From NCBI GenBank assembly GCA_963664405.1, contig OY761158.1, positions 3,648,001 through 3,712,000 on the forward strand: DNA of 64,000 bases, given 5' to 3'. The DNA comes from Thermoanaerobaculia bacterium (GTDB taxonomy: Bacteria > Acidobacteriota > Thermoanaerobaculia > Multivoradales > Multivoraceae). How positions within the stretch are numbered: the stretch's first letter is position 1; every line of letters begins with the position of its first letter. The translations under genes were made by a program, and so were the position numbers. Shown here piece by piece: positions 27,568 through 37,583 of this stretch. A model generated the notes under the pieces. The model searched no databases. It was given only the letters and a program-made list of their open reading frames with translations, and was not told the DNA's origin.

Positions 27568-28597
27568 GTTGAACGCGAGCGTGGTTGGCGCTTCGGGGTA
27601 TTCGGGTGGTGAGCTGGTACGGCTTCTGACGTCGCACCCCGGCGTCGAGCTGGGCACAGTGACCGCCAACCAACAGCAGGGCCAACGAATGGATCACTCT
27701 TTTCCTTCTCTTCGCGCCTTCACCGAGGCCACTCTCGAGGCTCCCGATTGGCAGCGGCTTGGCGCATCCAGCGACGTGGTCTTTCTCGCCTTACCGCATG
27801 GCCTGTCGATGAGCGCGGTTCCCGAGTTGCGCCAGGGTGGGGCACGAGTGGTCGATCTGGGCGCCGACTTTCGCCTCCGCGACACCGATGCCTATACCCG
27901 CTGGTACGGCCTCGAGCACACCGCGCCGGCGCTCTTGCGTGAGGCGGTCTACGGCCTTCCCGAGCTTCATCGGGAGAAGATCCGCGCTGCCGACCTGGTT
28001 GCCTGCCCTGGCTGCTATCCGACGGCGGCGACACTCGCCCTGCTGCCGGCATTGGCGTTCCGTGAAGAAGGCGCACCGATTATCGTCGACGCCAAGTCGG
28101 GAGTGTCGGGGGCCGGGCGGGGAGCCAGTCTAGGCACTCACTTCAGCGAGGTGAACGAGAACGTCAAGCCCTACAACCTTGGCATCCACCGGCACACCCC
28201 CGAGATGGGACAGAATTTTGCCGATGCCGGTGCCGCCGAGGGAGTCTTCTTCTCGCCCCATCTGATACCGATGACCCGTGGCATTCTGGCCACTTGCTAT
28301 CTGCGTACTTCGAGAGCCGTTAGCCGGGAAGAGGCGATGGCGACCTACGTTGAGCGCTACGCCGACTGCCCCTTCGTACGGGTTCTTGGCGACAAGCTGC
28401 CCGAGACCAAAGCTACGCAGGGCTCCAATTTCTGTGATGTCTCCGTCGCGGTCGACGCCGACCAAAAGTTGATCGTGGGCCTTGCGGCCCTCGACAACCT
28501 GGTGAAAGGGGCCGCCGGCCAGGCGATCCAATGTATGAACTTAATGTTCGGACTTCCAGAGGAGGAAGGGCTATGGCAGCCACCACTCTTTCCGTAG
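27566..28597 (+). CDS. argC: N-acetyl-gamma-glutamyl-phosphate reductase
   Basis: GASGYSG, ALPHG, DLGADFR, PGCYPT, SGVSGAG, DNLVKGAAGQA. Confidence 0.96.
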   Translation: MLNASVVGASGYSGGELVRLLTSHPGVELGTVTANQQQGQRMDHSFPSLRAFTEATLEAPDWQRLGASSDVVFLALPHGLSMSAVPELRQGGARVVDLGADFRLRDTDAYTRWYGLEHTAPALLREAVYGLPELHREKIRAADLVACPGCYPTAATLALLPALAFREEGAPIIVDAKSGVSGAGRGASLGTHFSEVNENVKPYNLGIHRHTPEMGQNFADAGAAEGVFFSPHLIPMTRGILATCYLRTSRAVSREEAMATYVERYADCPFVRVLGDKLPETKATQGSNFCDVSVAVDADQKLIVGLAALDNLVKGAAGQAIQCMNLMFGLPEEEGLWQPPLFP

Positions 28598-29805
28598 ACA
28601 CCGGCTCGCCGGTGGAGACTTGTTCGGGCGACGTAACCAGCCCTCAGGGCTTCCGCGCCGCCGGAATCCACTGCGGCCTGAAGAAGACCAAGCTTGATCT
28701 GGCTCTGGTTCTATCGGATCGACCGGCCAGCGCCGCCGGCCTCTTCACCCAGAACAAAGTGAAGGCTGCGCCGGTACTTCACTCCCAGCGAGTCATCGCA
28801 ACCGGCTCGGCTCGGGCGATTCTTTGTAATAGCGCCAACGCCAACGCCTGTACCGGCGACTCCGGTTTGCGCGATGCCCGGGAGATGGGCTCGCTGGCGG
28901 CCGAAGAGCTCGGCTTGGTGTCGTCTCAGGTGGTCGTGGCTTCGACCGGGGTCATTGGAGTACCCCTCGATATGGGCGCGATCCGCAGTGGAATCCCTCG
29001 CCTGGTGGCGGATCTCGCCCCGTCGGGCGAGACCGCGGCGCAAGCGATCATGACCACCGACACTTATCCCAAGGCGGCAGCCGTTCGCTTCAAGGTGGGA
29101 GAAAAGGAAGTCGTGATCGGCGGAATAGCCAAGGGCGTGGGCATGATTCAGCCCAATATGGCGACGACTCTGTGCTTTCTCACTACCGATGCGGCGATGG
29201 CGCCGGCCCTCTTGCAGGCGACGCTGTACCAGGCCATCGAAGGCTCGTTCAACCGCGTAACGATCGATGGCGACACCAGCACGAATGATTGCGCGATTCT
29301 TCTCGCCAATGGAGCCTCGGGCGTAGAGATCGAAGCCGACAGCGACGAGTATCAGAGCTTCGTTGCTGCGCTGGGGTCGATCACGGTAGATCTGGCCAAA
29401 ATGCTGGTGCGCGATGCTGAAGGTGGAACCAAAGTCATTACTTTGACGGTCGACGGAGCAAAAGACGACGCGGAGGCGCTTCGGGCCGCTTTCACCATCG
29501 CCAACTCACCGCTGGTAAAGACCGCCTTCTATGGCGGTCAGGCCAACTGGGGCCGGGTTCTGGCAGCGGCCGGGCGCGCCGGCGTCGAGATGGACGAGTC
29601 GCGCTCCGACATTCTCTTCAATGGCGTAGCGGTGGCTCGGGGTGGCCTCCCGGTTCTGGAGAACATGGCCGCTGCCGAATTGGAGCTGCGCAAGCCGGAG
29701 ATCGAGGTCCAGATGTCTCTGGCCGCCGGCTCCGGTAGCGCTACGGTTTGGACCTCAGATCTCACCGAAGAGTACGTTCGCATCAATGGGAGTTACATAA
29801 GTTGA
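28573..29805 (+). CDS. argJ: Bifunctional ornithine acetyltransferase / N-acetylglutamate synthase
   Basis: ANACTG, STGVIG, IMTTDT, KGVGMIQPNMAT, DGDTSTND, SPLVKTA, NWGR. Confidence 0.96.
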   Translation: MAATTLSVDTGSPVETCSGDVTSPQGFRAAGIHCGLKKTKLDLALVLSDRPASAAGLFTQNKVKAAPVLHSQRVIATGSARAILCNSANANACTGDSGLRDAREMGSLAAEELGLVSSQVVVASTGVIGVPLDMGAIRSGIPRLVADLAPSGETAAQAIMTTDTYPKAAAVRFKVGEKEVVIGGIAKGVGMIQPNMATTLCFLTTDAAMAPALLQATLYQAIEGSFNRVTIDGDTSTNDCAILLANGASGVEIEADSDEYQSFVAALGSITVDLAKMLVRDAEGGTKVITLTVDGAKDDAEALRAAFTIANSPLVKTAFYGGQANWGRVLAAAGRAGVEMDESRSDILFNGVAVARGGLPVLENMAAAELELRKPEIEVQMSLAAGSGSATVWTSDLTEEYVRINGSYIS

Positions 29806-30674
29806 GCAAAGAGACGGGGGCTGTGCCGGCCGACTTCGGCAGCTACCTCTCCAGCGCTCTGCGGTATGTGGCGGAGTGGCGACAGAAACGGGTGGTGGTC
29901 AAGTTCGGTGGCCAAGCGCTGGAGAAGAACGAGCTCGGCACTCTGGTCGATGACCTGGTGCTTCTCCAGCACTCCGGTCTGCGCCCGGTTCTGGTTCATG
30001 GCGGAGGGCCCGAGATCTCGCGGACCCTGGAACGCCTCGGAGTCGAGTCCTCCTTCGTCGATGGCTTGCGGGTTACCGACGAAGAATCGATGGCAGTGGT
30101 CGAGATGGTCCTCGCCGGCCGGGTCAACAAAAGGCTCGTGTCGATGATCCACGAGCACGGTGGCCGAGCGGTCGGGCTCTCGGGTAAAGACGGCCTCACC
30201 CTCCAGGCGCGGCCCCATGCGCGAAGCGAGGAGCTCGGTTTTGTCGGCGAGGTGGATTCGATCGATACCGAGCTTCTCGACACCCTTGTCGAGCGCAACT
30301 ACATTCCGGTGCTCTGTTCGGTCGGCAGCGGGGAGGGAGGGCAGAGCTACAACCTCAACGCCGACGTTGTGGCGGGCGCTCTTGCGGTCGCGATGGGAGT
30401 GGAAAAACTCATCGTTTTGACTGATGTGAGAGGGATTCATCAACCCACCGAGAACGGCCAGGAGCGCATCGCCACGCTTTCGGTCGCAGAGGCAGAGGAG
30501 CTGATGGAGTCGGGCATAGTCTCGCGCGGCATGGTGCCGAAACTTCGTGCTTGCCTCGATGCTGTGAACGCGGGAGTTCCAAGCGCCCATATCATCGCTG
30601 CCGGAGAGCTTCACGGTGTGCTGATCGAGCTCTTCACCGAGTCGGGCATCGGCACCATGATTCGCAAAGAGTGA
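29802..30674 (+). CDS. argB: Acetylglutamate kinase
   Basis: VVKFGG, VHGGGP, GLRVTD, NLNAD, GMVPK, ELFT..GIGT; start uncertain. Confidence 0.95.
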   Translation: MSKETGAVPADFGSYLSSALRYVAEWRQKRVVVKFGGQALEKNELGTLVDDLVLLQHSGLRPVLVHGGGPEISRTLERLGVESSFVDGLRVTDEESMAVVEMVLAGRVNKRLVSMIHEHGGRAVGLSGKDGLTLQARPHARSEELGFVGEVDSIDTELLDTLVERNYIPVLCSVGSGEGGQSYNLNADVVAGALAVAMGVEKLIVLTDVRGIHQPTENGQERIATLSVAEAEELMESGIVSRGMVPKLRACLDAVNAGVPSAHIIAAGELHGVLIELFTESGIGTMIRKE

Positions 30675-30716
30675 GGGCATCGGGCGATCATCATCGGAAA
30701 GAGTGAAGGAGAGGCC

Positions 30717-31910
30717 ATGAGTGGAGAAGATTGTCTGTTCACGAATTACAGCCCGGCCCAGGTCGCGTTCACCCACGGCAACGGGGTGCGATTGTGGGAC
30801 GCGCGCGGCCGCGAGTACCTCGACTTCATCGCCGGTATCGCGACCAGCTCACTCGGCCATGCCCATCCTCGGCTGGTAGAGGCGATTGCTGGCCAAGCCG
30901 AGCGCTATCTCCATGTCTCGAACCTCTATCGCATCCCGGAGCAGGAGGTGGCGGCCGGCCTACTCATCGAGGCGACTCGCCATAAGGACCTGGGTCTCGA
31001 CCGCGTTTTCTTTTGCAACAGCGGCACCGAGGCCAACGAGGCCGCGATCAAGATCGCTCGTAAGCGGGGCTCCGCTCAGGGCCGCTACAAGATCTTGGCC
31101 ACCCACGCCGGCTTTCACGGGCGCACGATCGGCAGTCTCGCGGCAACCGGAACCCCTCGCTATAAGGAAGGCTTCGGCCCGCTGCCGGAGGGCTTCTTCT
31201 TCGTCGACTACAACGATCTCGAAGGTGCCGTCGCCGCCGTCGACGAGGAGTTCTGTGCCGTACTGGTAGAGCCCATGCAAGGTGAAGGCGGTATCCATCC
31301 ATCGAACCCCGGCTACCTCAGCGGCCTGGAGGCGCTCTGTCGCGACCAGGACCTTCTTTTCATGCTCGACGAAGTGCAGACCGGTATCGGTCGTACCGGC
31401 TCGATGTTCGGTTTTCACCACTATGGTGTGCAGCCGGACCTGATCACTCTGGCCAAGGGGCTCGGTGGCGGGGTGCCGGTAGGTGCCGTTGTCGCCCGAG
31501 ACGAAGTGGCGGCGCTGTTGGTTCCTGGCGACCACGGCTCGACCTTCGGCGGAAATCCTCTTGCCACTGTCGCCGTCGCCGCGGTGCTCGAGACCATCCA
31601 CGACGAGGGGCTTCTGGACAGCGTGCAACGAATGGGGGAGCGACTTCGCGCCGAGCTGCTGACTCTCGACGCGGTAGAGTCGGTGAGGGGTCTGGGTCTT
31701 CTGATCGCCGCGGAGCTGGTTATCGAGGCTGCCCCGGTAGTGAATCGCTGTTTGGAGCACGGCCTTCTGGTCAACGCCGTTGGACCGAAGAGTGTGCGCT
31801 TCGCGCCACCGCTGATCGTCACCGCCGGCGAGGTCGATCGTGCGCTAGCGATCTTCTCGCGGGTCCTGTCGACTTTTGCTCCCTCGAAGGAGGACGGTGC
31901 GCCGAGATGA
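30717..31910 (+). CDS. argD: Acetylornithine aminotransferase
   Basis: NSGTEANEAA, FHGRT, EPMQGEGG, DEVQTG, AKGLGGG, HGSTFGGNP. Confidence 0.95.
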   Translation: MSGEDCLFTNYSPAQVAFTHGNGVRLWDARGREYLDFIAGIATSSLGHAHPRLVEAIAGQAERYLHVSNLYRIPEQEVAAGLLIEATRHKDLGLDRVFFCNSGTEANEAAIKIARKRGSAQGRYKILATHAGFHGRTIGSLAATGTPRYKEGFGPLPEGFFFVDYNDLEGAVAAVDEEFCAVLVEPMQGEGGIHPSNPGYLSGLEALCRDQDLLFMLDEVQTGIGRTGSMFGFHHYGVQPDLITLAKGLGGGVPVGAVVARDEVAALLVPGDHGSTFGGNPLATVAVAAVLETIHDEGLLDSVQRMGERLRAELLTLDAVESVRGLGLLIAAELVIEAAPVVNRCLEHGLLVNAVGPKSVRFAPPLIVTAGEVDRALAIFSRVLSTFAPSKEDGAPR

Positions 31911-33370
31911 CCCAGGACAAATTGTGGGGCGGGCGCTTCGAGGGCGCCGTCGATTCGCGTATCGACGCCTTTACCTCAGCTCTGTCCTTTGATCGGCGGT
32001 TGGTGCAGCACGATCTCATCGGCAGCCTTGCACACGCGCGGATGCTGATGGAGCAGGAGGTCCTCGGCGGAGAAGACGCCACAGCGATTCTCGGAGGTCT
32101 CTCGACTCTGCTGGCGGAAGTCGAGAAGGGCAGTCTCGTTGTCGAAGGTGCGGATGAGGATGTCCACAGTTGGATCGAGCGCTTACTCATAGAGCGCATT
32201 GGCGAGCCGGCCTTGCGTCTCCATACCGCTCGGAGTCGCAACGACCAGACCGGGACGGCGCTGCGCCTCTGGGTCCGCGGGGAACTGGCCATGCTGATCG
32301 GCGGTGGAGTCGAGCTGCTGGAGGCCTTGAGAACGACAGCCGAGGGCCATCTCGAGACTTGGCTTCCCGGCTATACCCATCTGCAGCGAGGGCAGCCGGT
32401 GTCACTCGCCCACCATCTTCTTGCCCACTTCTGGGCTGTGGAGGCGGATGCGCGACGCCTACGGGGTCTTCACGAAGGGAGTCTGCTGAGCCCGCTTGGT
32501 GCGGGCGCACTCGCAGGCTCGCCTTATCCGATCGACCCGGCGCGTAGCGCGGAGCTGCTCGGCTTCGACGCGCCCTATGCGAACTCGATGTTCGCCGTCG
32601 CCGATCGCGACTATGTGGCGGAGGCGGTCTTCGCCTGTGCACTGTTGATGACCCATCTGTCGCGTTGGGCGAGCGAGGTCATTCTTTGGACCTCGGCCGA
32701 GTTCGGATTTGCGGTTCTCGACGACTCCATCGCCAAGGGATCGAGCCTGATGCCGCAGAAAAAGAACCCCGAGGCGGCCGAGCTCTTGCGTGGCAAGACC
32801 GGACGGGTACTCGGTGACCTTGCTGGAATCCTCACCCTTCTTCACGGTCTGCCCTTGACCTACAACAGTGACTTGCAGGAGGACAAAGAGGGCCTCTTTG
32901 ATGCCGTCGACACCGCGAGAGGGTCCCTGGTCTGTGCAACCGCGCTGGTCGAGGGGCTGCACTTTCGTCCCGAGCGGATGAAGGCGGCGCTCGAAGGGGG
33001 CTATTTGACGGCCACCGATCTGGCCGACTACCTCGTCACCAGGGGAGTCCCTTTTCGATCCGCGCATCACCATGCCGGCCAAGCAGTGCGGATCGCGGAA
33101 AAAAGAGGAGTTGAGCTCTGGGATCTCGACCTCACCGAGTTGCGCACAGTCTGGCCCGAGATCGACGAAGACGTCTTCGAGATCCTTCGTCCAGAGGCTG
33201 CTGCCCGGCGGCGCAGCCACACCGGTGGCCCGGCGCCGCAGCGAGTCGCGGAGCAGTTGCAGCAGGCGGAGGGAGCGGCCGCCGGTCTCGAGCAGTGGCT
33301 ACAGGGTTTGGAGCCCCCCCCCGTTTACCGGGCTCACCTCGAAGGCCGGCTCCTCGAGGAGAGGCTCTGA
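31907..33370 (+). CDS. argH: Argininosuccinate lyase
   Basis: KLWGGRF, RSRNDQ, PGYTHLQ, GSSLMPQKKNP, YNSDLQEDKE. Confidence 0.96.
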   Translation: MTQDKLWGGRFEGAVDSRIDAFTSALSFDRRLVQHDLIGSLAHARMLMEQEVLGGEDATAILGGLSTLLAEVEKGSLVVEGADEDVHSWIERLLIERIGEPALRLHTARSRNDQTGTALRLWVRGELAMLIGGGVELLEALRTTAEGHLETWLPGYTHLQRGQPVSLAHHLLAHFWAVEADARRLRGLHEGSLLSPLGAGALAGSPYPIDPARSAELLGFDAPYANSMFAVADRDYVAEAVFACALLMTHLSRWASEVILWTSAEFGFAVLDDSIAKGSSLMPQKKNPEAAELLRGKTGRVLGDLAGILTLLHGLPLTYNSDLQEDKEGLFDAVDTARGSLVCATALVEGLHFRPERMKAALEGGYLTATDLADYLVTRGVPFRSAHHHAGQAVRIAEKRGVELWDLDLTELRTVWPEIDEDVFEILRPEAAARRRSHTGGPAPQRVAEQLQQAEGAAAGLEQWLQGLEPPPVYRAHLEGRLLEERL

Positions 33371-33834
33371 GCCGCCGCATTCGCGAGCAGGCCATTCTCG
33401 AGATCGTCGAGAGTGAAGTGGTCCGCAATCAGGGGACTCTGGTCGAGCTTTTGGGCAAGCGAGGCATCGATTCGACCCAGGCCACGGTCTCTCGGGACGT
33501 CAAGAGGCTGGGTCTTATCAAGCGGCCGGCGCGCCGAGGCGGGTATCGCTACGCCTCGCCCTCGGAGCTTGTCCCTGGTGTTTCCGAGCAGCGCACTCGC
33601 CGCCAGCTCAAGAGCGCCTGCGAGCAGTTCGTAACCAAGATCGACACCGGCGAGTCCCTTCTGGTGCTCAAGACCCTCAGTGGTCGCGCCAACGCGGTCG
33701 CTGTAGCCCTCGACGAGTGCGGCTTCTCCGAAGTCGTCGGCAGTCTCGCCGGCGACGACACCATCGTAGTCGTCGCCAGAAGCGAGAAGGATCGCGCCAA
33801 GCTCATTGAGCTGGTGGAAGAGATGGTTCGCTAG
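33367..33834 (+). CDS. argR: Arginine repressor
   Basis: TQATVSRD wHTH, GSLAGDDT; probable CTG start overlapping the argH TGA. Confidence 0.92.
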   Translation: MSRRIREQAILEIVESEVVRNQGTLVELLGKRGIDSTQATVSRDVKRLGLIKRPARRGGYRYASPSELVPGVSEQRTRRQLKSACEQFVTKIDTGESLLVLKTLSGRANAVAVALDECGFSEVVGSLAGDDTIVVVARSEKDRAKLIELVEEMVR

Positions 33835-33890
33835 CTATGCTCGCTGTGGTGCCCAGGTACGGCTCACGGTCACGGCGAATCAGCGCGTGT

Positions 33891-36044
33891 CTAGTCCGTG
33901 GGCTTGCGGGCCGCGGCTTGCTGCAGCGCAGTCACCTCTGACAGCGTCTCCTGGATCCTGTTCTGCTCCAGGGAGTAGCGCTCGTCGGACAACCAGCGCC
34001 CGAGGAAGTGCAAGCCCTCCGCAGTCTCGTCCAGATCCGGGGCTTCCCGCGATGCTTTCAGTCGGGGAAGGAGGTCGCCGAGCCAATCCAACTTCGCGTC
34101 GGCGATCGCCTCCGCGACCTCGGCTCGCTGCCTACCGGGGTCTTCGTTCTCGGCGACGGCCTCGGTGAGGTACTTGTCGGCCTCGCGGTACGCGCTCCTC
34201 TTGAGGGCTTCCATCCCGAGGAACAGGGTCTGATAGCCCGAGGAAGGACGCAGCTCGGCACCGGACTCTAGAGTCAGGTAAAGCTCGACCTGCTTTTTCT
34301 TCAGCGAGCGGACCCAGGTCGCCCAGCTCCGCGTCCAGGGCTCGAAATCGCGGTTCTTGCTTGCCAAGTCCCTCCTGCTGGTATCGAGGGCCTGCTGTTC
34401 GGTGTACTCGTCCATGAGCACCCAGGCACCGCTGCGGGCGGCGAGCAACACGTTGTCCTGCGCTCGCTCCATGGGGGTCTTCCCCTCGGAGGCGGGCCGC
34501 CTCTTTTCTCCCTGCTGACGATAGTAGTTGTAGATGTAGGGGAGGACGTTGGTGACTACGACCAGGTCAAAGGCCCCGCCCTCGAACCCGCTGGGCAGGG
34601 TCTCGGTCATATCTCCCTGCTCGAAGCGGATCAGCCGGTCTCGAGCATCGCGGTTGAAGAGCTCGTTAGCCTTGCCTTCGTGGAGCTCGACAACTTTCCA
34701 GCGGCGGTCGATCAAACGATAGGCGTGTTTGACGAAGCCCCTGGGATCTGGCTGGACCCACAGGCTGAGGGGCACCTCGATCTCGGGGGCGAGGGTCAGG
34801 AAGCGACCGAGCAGCGCACCGGCCAGGCCTTGGTCGGCGAGCTGCCGAAACAGCACCTGGCGCTCTGCGGCCGTGGCGGCCGCGAGGACCTGTTCGTGCT
34901 GATCGGTGAGGCGGTTGACGAGACCCGCGTCGTCGTTGGCGAGTGCGCTCTCCTCGAGGATCAAGTTCCACTTGTGGTGCTGGCTGCCCGCGGCATCGAA
35001 CCGGTAGATCGGCCCATCGCGGCTCGGCATATAGGCGTAGTCGGTCGCTATGATCTCCAGTCTTAGCGAGCTCAGCTCTGCCGCGGCCTCGTCCGCGAGG
35101 TCGGAGTCGGCGCTGAGCAGGGCGAACGCCTCGTCGAGGAGCGCGGCGAGGAGGAAGGTTTGGCTGCCGTCCTCGAAGCCGGCGTGCCAGACTCGAAAAA
35201 CTCCCAATTCGCCCGGAGCGGCGAGCCTCCGGCGGAGCAGTTCCGGGAGCCCGCGGTAGGCGAGGTCCAGGTAAGCCTCCTGGTAGGCCGGCCACCAACG
35301 TGCGTTGTTCCCTCCGACCCGTCGGGTGACCGGCGGGTTGTCTCCGGACTCCTGGTTGTCCTCGGCAACCCAGGCGCTGCGGATCCAGCGAGTCGTTCTC
35401 GGCGACTGCAAGTCGCTAGGAATCTGGCCAAGACTTGGCCAGTATGCCTCCGCGGGGAACTCCGGGTAAGTCGCTACGTAATGGACTGGAGCCACGAGCG
35501 CCGCCCTTACCGCCTCGTCGAGGTCGAGCTCTTGATCGGAGAGAGTCGCGGCGAGAGCGAGAGCCTCGTCCGCGGCCGTGGTGGCCAGCTTCTCCCGCCC
35601 GCGCGATCTCCACAGGTGGCTGCCTTCGATCAATGACAACAACCGCTCGACGGAGGCGGGGTAGAGACCCGGAGCCGGGAGCGCGAGCCGCAGCCTCTCC
35701 TCGGTCTCGCCGCCTTGGCCGGCATCGGCATTTGCCTCGCGCAGGTAGCGCGCCAGGACGCGCTCGACCCCCTTCGCACTCGGGTTGGAGTCTACGATCA
35801 GCTCGTAGACGGCTCGGGCCTCGGGGGTCCAGCGGGGATCCTCACCGTCGGCCATGTCGGTGGCCACCTGTTGCTGAGCGTGGACCGCGACGAGCCGCCA
35901 CATGTCGGTCTCGCTGAAGTCTCCCTCCAGCTTGGGTTTGTAGCCCGAGAGCGAGATCTGACCCGACGCCGGGACGTACGAGAGACAGAAGGCCAATGCT
36001 GCCATCAGGCCCACCAACGGAACGAGACTTCGGCCGCGCGTCAC
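33891..36044 (-). CDS. Hypothetical protein with signal peptide and a degenerate CheR-like SAM-binding domain
   Basis: FRVWHAGFEDGSQTFLLA, LEIIATDY, IRFEQGDM, FDLVVVTNVLPY echo CheR motifs; GTG start at 36044 chosen. Confidence 0.6.
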   Translation of the reverse strand: MTRGRSLVPLVGLMAALAFCLSYVPASGQISLSGYKPKLEGDFSETDMWRLVAVHAQQQVATDMADGEDPRWTPEARAVYELIVDSNPSAKGVERVLARYLREANADAGQGGETEERLRLALPAPGLYPASVERLLSLIEGSHLWRSRGREKLATTAADEALALAATLSDQELDLDEAVRAALVAPVHYVATYPEFPAEAYWPSLGQIPSDLQSPRTTRWIRSAWVAEDNQESGDNPPVTRRVGGNNARWWPAYQEAYLDLAYRGLPELLRRRLAAPGELGVFRVWHAGFEDGSQTFLLAALLDEAFALLSADSDLADEAAAELSSLRLEIIATDYAYMPSRDGPIYRFDAAGSQHHKWNLILEESALANDDAGLVNRLTDQHEQVLAAATAAERQVLFRQLADQGLAGALLGRFLTLAPEIEVPLSLWVQPDPRGFVKHAYRLIDRRWKVVELHEGKANELFNRDARDRLIRFEQGDMTETLPSGFEGGAFDLVVVTNVLPYIYNYYRQQGEKRRPASEGKTPMERAQDNVLLAARSGAWVLMDEYTEQQALDTSRRDLASKNRDFEPWTRSWATWVRSLKKKQVELYLTLESGAELRPSSGYQTLFLGMEALKRSAYREADKYLTEAVAENEDPGRQRAEVAEAIADAKLDWLGDLLPRLKASREAPDLDETAEGLHFLGRWLSDERYSLEQNRIQETLSEVTALQQAAARKPTD

Positions 36045-36137
36045 TTCGCTCTCAACGATAGCAGGGCCGGATCCAGCCGGACGACCCACCAAAAGGGCGG
36101 GCGTTTCGTAGCTCAGCTCTGCAAGTGAGGTGTCCGG

Positions 36138-37583
36138 CTAGTCGCCTCCGACCGTTTCCGGGCTCGCCTTGGTCCGACCGCCCGAGAAGCGCTCGCGGAT
36201 CTTCTGTTGCTGCTCCTCGGAGAGGGTGTCCCAATCGATCCCGTAGCGTTCCTTGAGTATGCCCTTCATCCGCTCCGGATCGAAGCGACGGCTGCTTTCG
36301 CCCCCGGTCAACCCGGCCGCGCCGCCCTGGCTCACGTAGCCCTTTTCGGCGTCAGCGTAGGAGATGAAGCCGAACATCATCTCGGACGTGGTCGGCCCAC
36401 CGTAGGTGACGTCGATCGACGGATCGGGGTTGGAGGGGTTGTCGGCCGAGTTGTCCCAAGCCATGGTCAGCTCGATCTTGGTGCCCGCAGGGATCTTCTT
36501 GCCGCCCTGCGGATACTCGTAGTGGGTCTGCCAGTTGAAGTCGTATTTCGGAACCTCGAGGAGGACTTCTTCGGTTCCGTCGGGGTACTTCGCTAAGTAC
36601 TGGGCAGACTTGCCGCGCAGATGCATATGTGGGGTGTAGCCGAGAAGCAGGGTTTCGCGGTCGAAAGTGTGGGTCACCACCTGGCTGTAGTTGGCATCGC
36701 CGGCGGGGATCTTGAAATCGAACTTGCCTGCCGGCTCGTTCTGAACGATGTGGTCAGGCTCATAGCCCTCCGGGTAGAAGCGGACAGCGACGGAGGAGCG
36801 ATCCCAGGCGCCGGTGCCCTCACCAGCCTCCTTGTGGTAATGCATCCTCCAGGTGAGCTCGGTGCCCGGCTGGAGTTGCACGGCGAAGCCGTCGTTGTAC
36901 GTCGTCGGATCGTTACCCGGGGCGATGCCACCGAGGGGACGGGTGATGATGTGGTGCACCACCGGCGTTCCCGGACGGAACTCGACCGCCTGGATCCAGC
37001 GCGGCTCCGGGAGCATGTCCTCGGTGATTTTCGTCGTGAAGCGGATGTACTGGTCTTCGACGTCATCCTCGACGAAGTAGTCCTGGCCCATGTCCAGCAC
37101 GAGATCGGGCTCGCCGATCGTCCAGCCTTCGGACGCTGGCCATTGGCGGGCCGCGGGAGCGTCGGCGACATCGCCGGCCGGTGCGCCACTCTGAGCCCAG
37201 GTGACGAGCGTCGTGACGTCGGCGTCAGTGATGGTCCGCTCGTTCGAGAAGACGCCGTTGTGCTGCGCATCGGCGTGCCAGGGCGGCATTGTCCGAGCTT
37301 CGACCTGACGGGCGATCGACCGAGCCCACGGGCGCGTGTCGTTGTAGCTGGTGAAGGCCATCGGAGCGACCATGCCGCCGAGATTGGCACCGTTCGGGCG
37401 GTGGCAGACCTGGCAGTTCTCCTGCAGGACGGGTAAGACGTCTTTGTAAAACGTCGGCGCCGCGGTCACTGCGTCAGCAGTGTTGTTGGCGTTCGCGTTG
37501 GCAGCAGCCGTTGCCGGGATCGCCCAGAGCGCGACACATACGAGTATTGCAACGGTCCGACGGGTGAGACTTCGATCGATCAT
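36138..37583 (-). CDS. Exported cytochrome c / copper type II ascorbate-dependent monooxygenase-like protein
   Basis: Signal peptide, CQVCH..MPPW, VVHH, MHYH, PHMHLRG, YDFNWQ, EMM. Confidence 0.8.
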   Translation of the reverse strand: MIDRSLTRRTVAILVCVALWAIPATAAANANANNTADAVTAAPTFYKDVLPVLQENCQVCHRPNGANLGGMVAPMAFTSYNDTRPWARSIARQVEARTMPPWHADAQHNGVFSNERTITDADVTTLVTWAQSGAPAGDVADAPAARQWPASEGWTIGEPDLVLDMGQDYFVEDDVEDQYIRFTTKITEDMLPEPRWIQAVEFRPGTPVVHHIITRPLGGIAPGNDPTTYNDGFAVQLQPGTELTWRMHYHKEAGEGTGAWDRSSVAVRFYPEGYEPDHIVQNEPAGKFDFKIPAGDANYSQVVTHTFDRETLLLGYTPHMHLRGKSAQYLAKYPDGTEEVLLEVPKYDFNWQTHYEYPQGGKKIPAGTKIELTMAWDNSADNPSNPDPSIDVTYGGPTTSEMMFGFISYADAEKGYVSQGGAAGLTGGESSRRFDPERMKGILKERYGIDWDTLSEEQQQKIRERFSGGRTKASPETVGGD

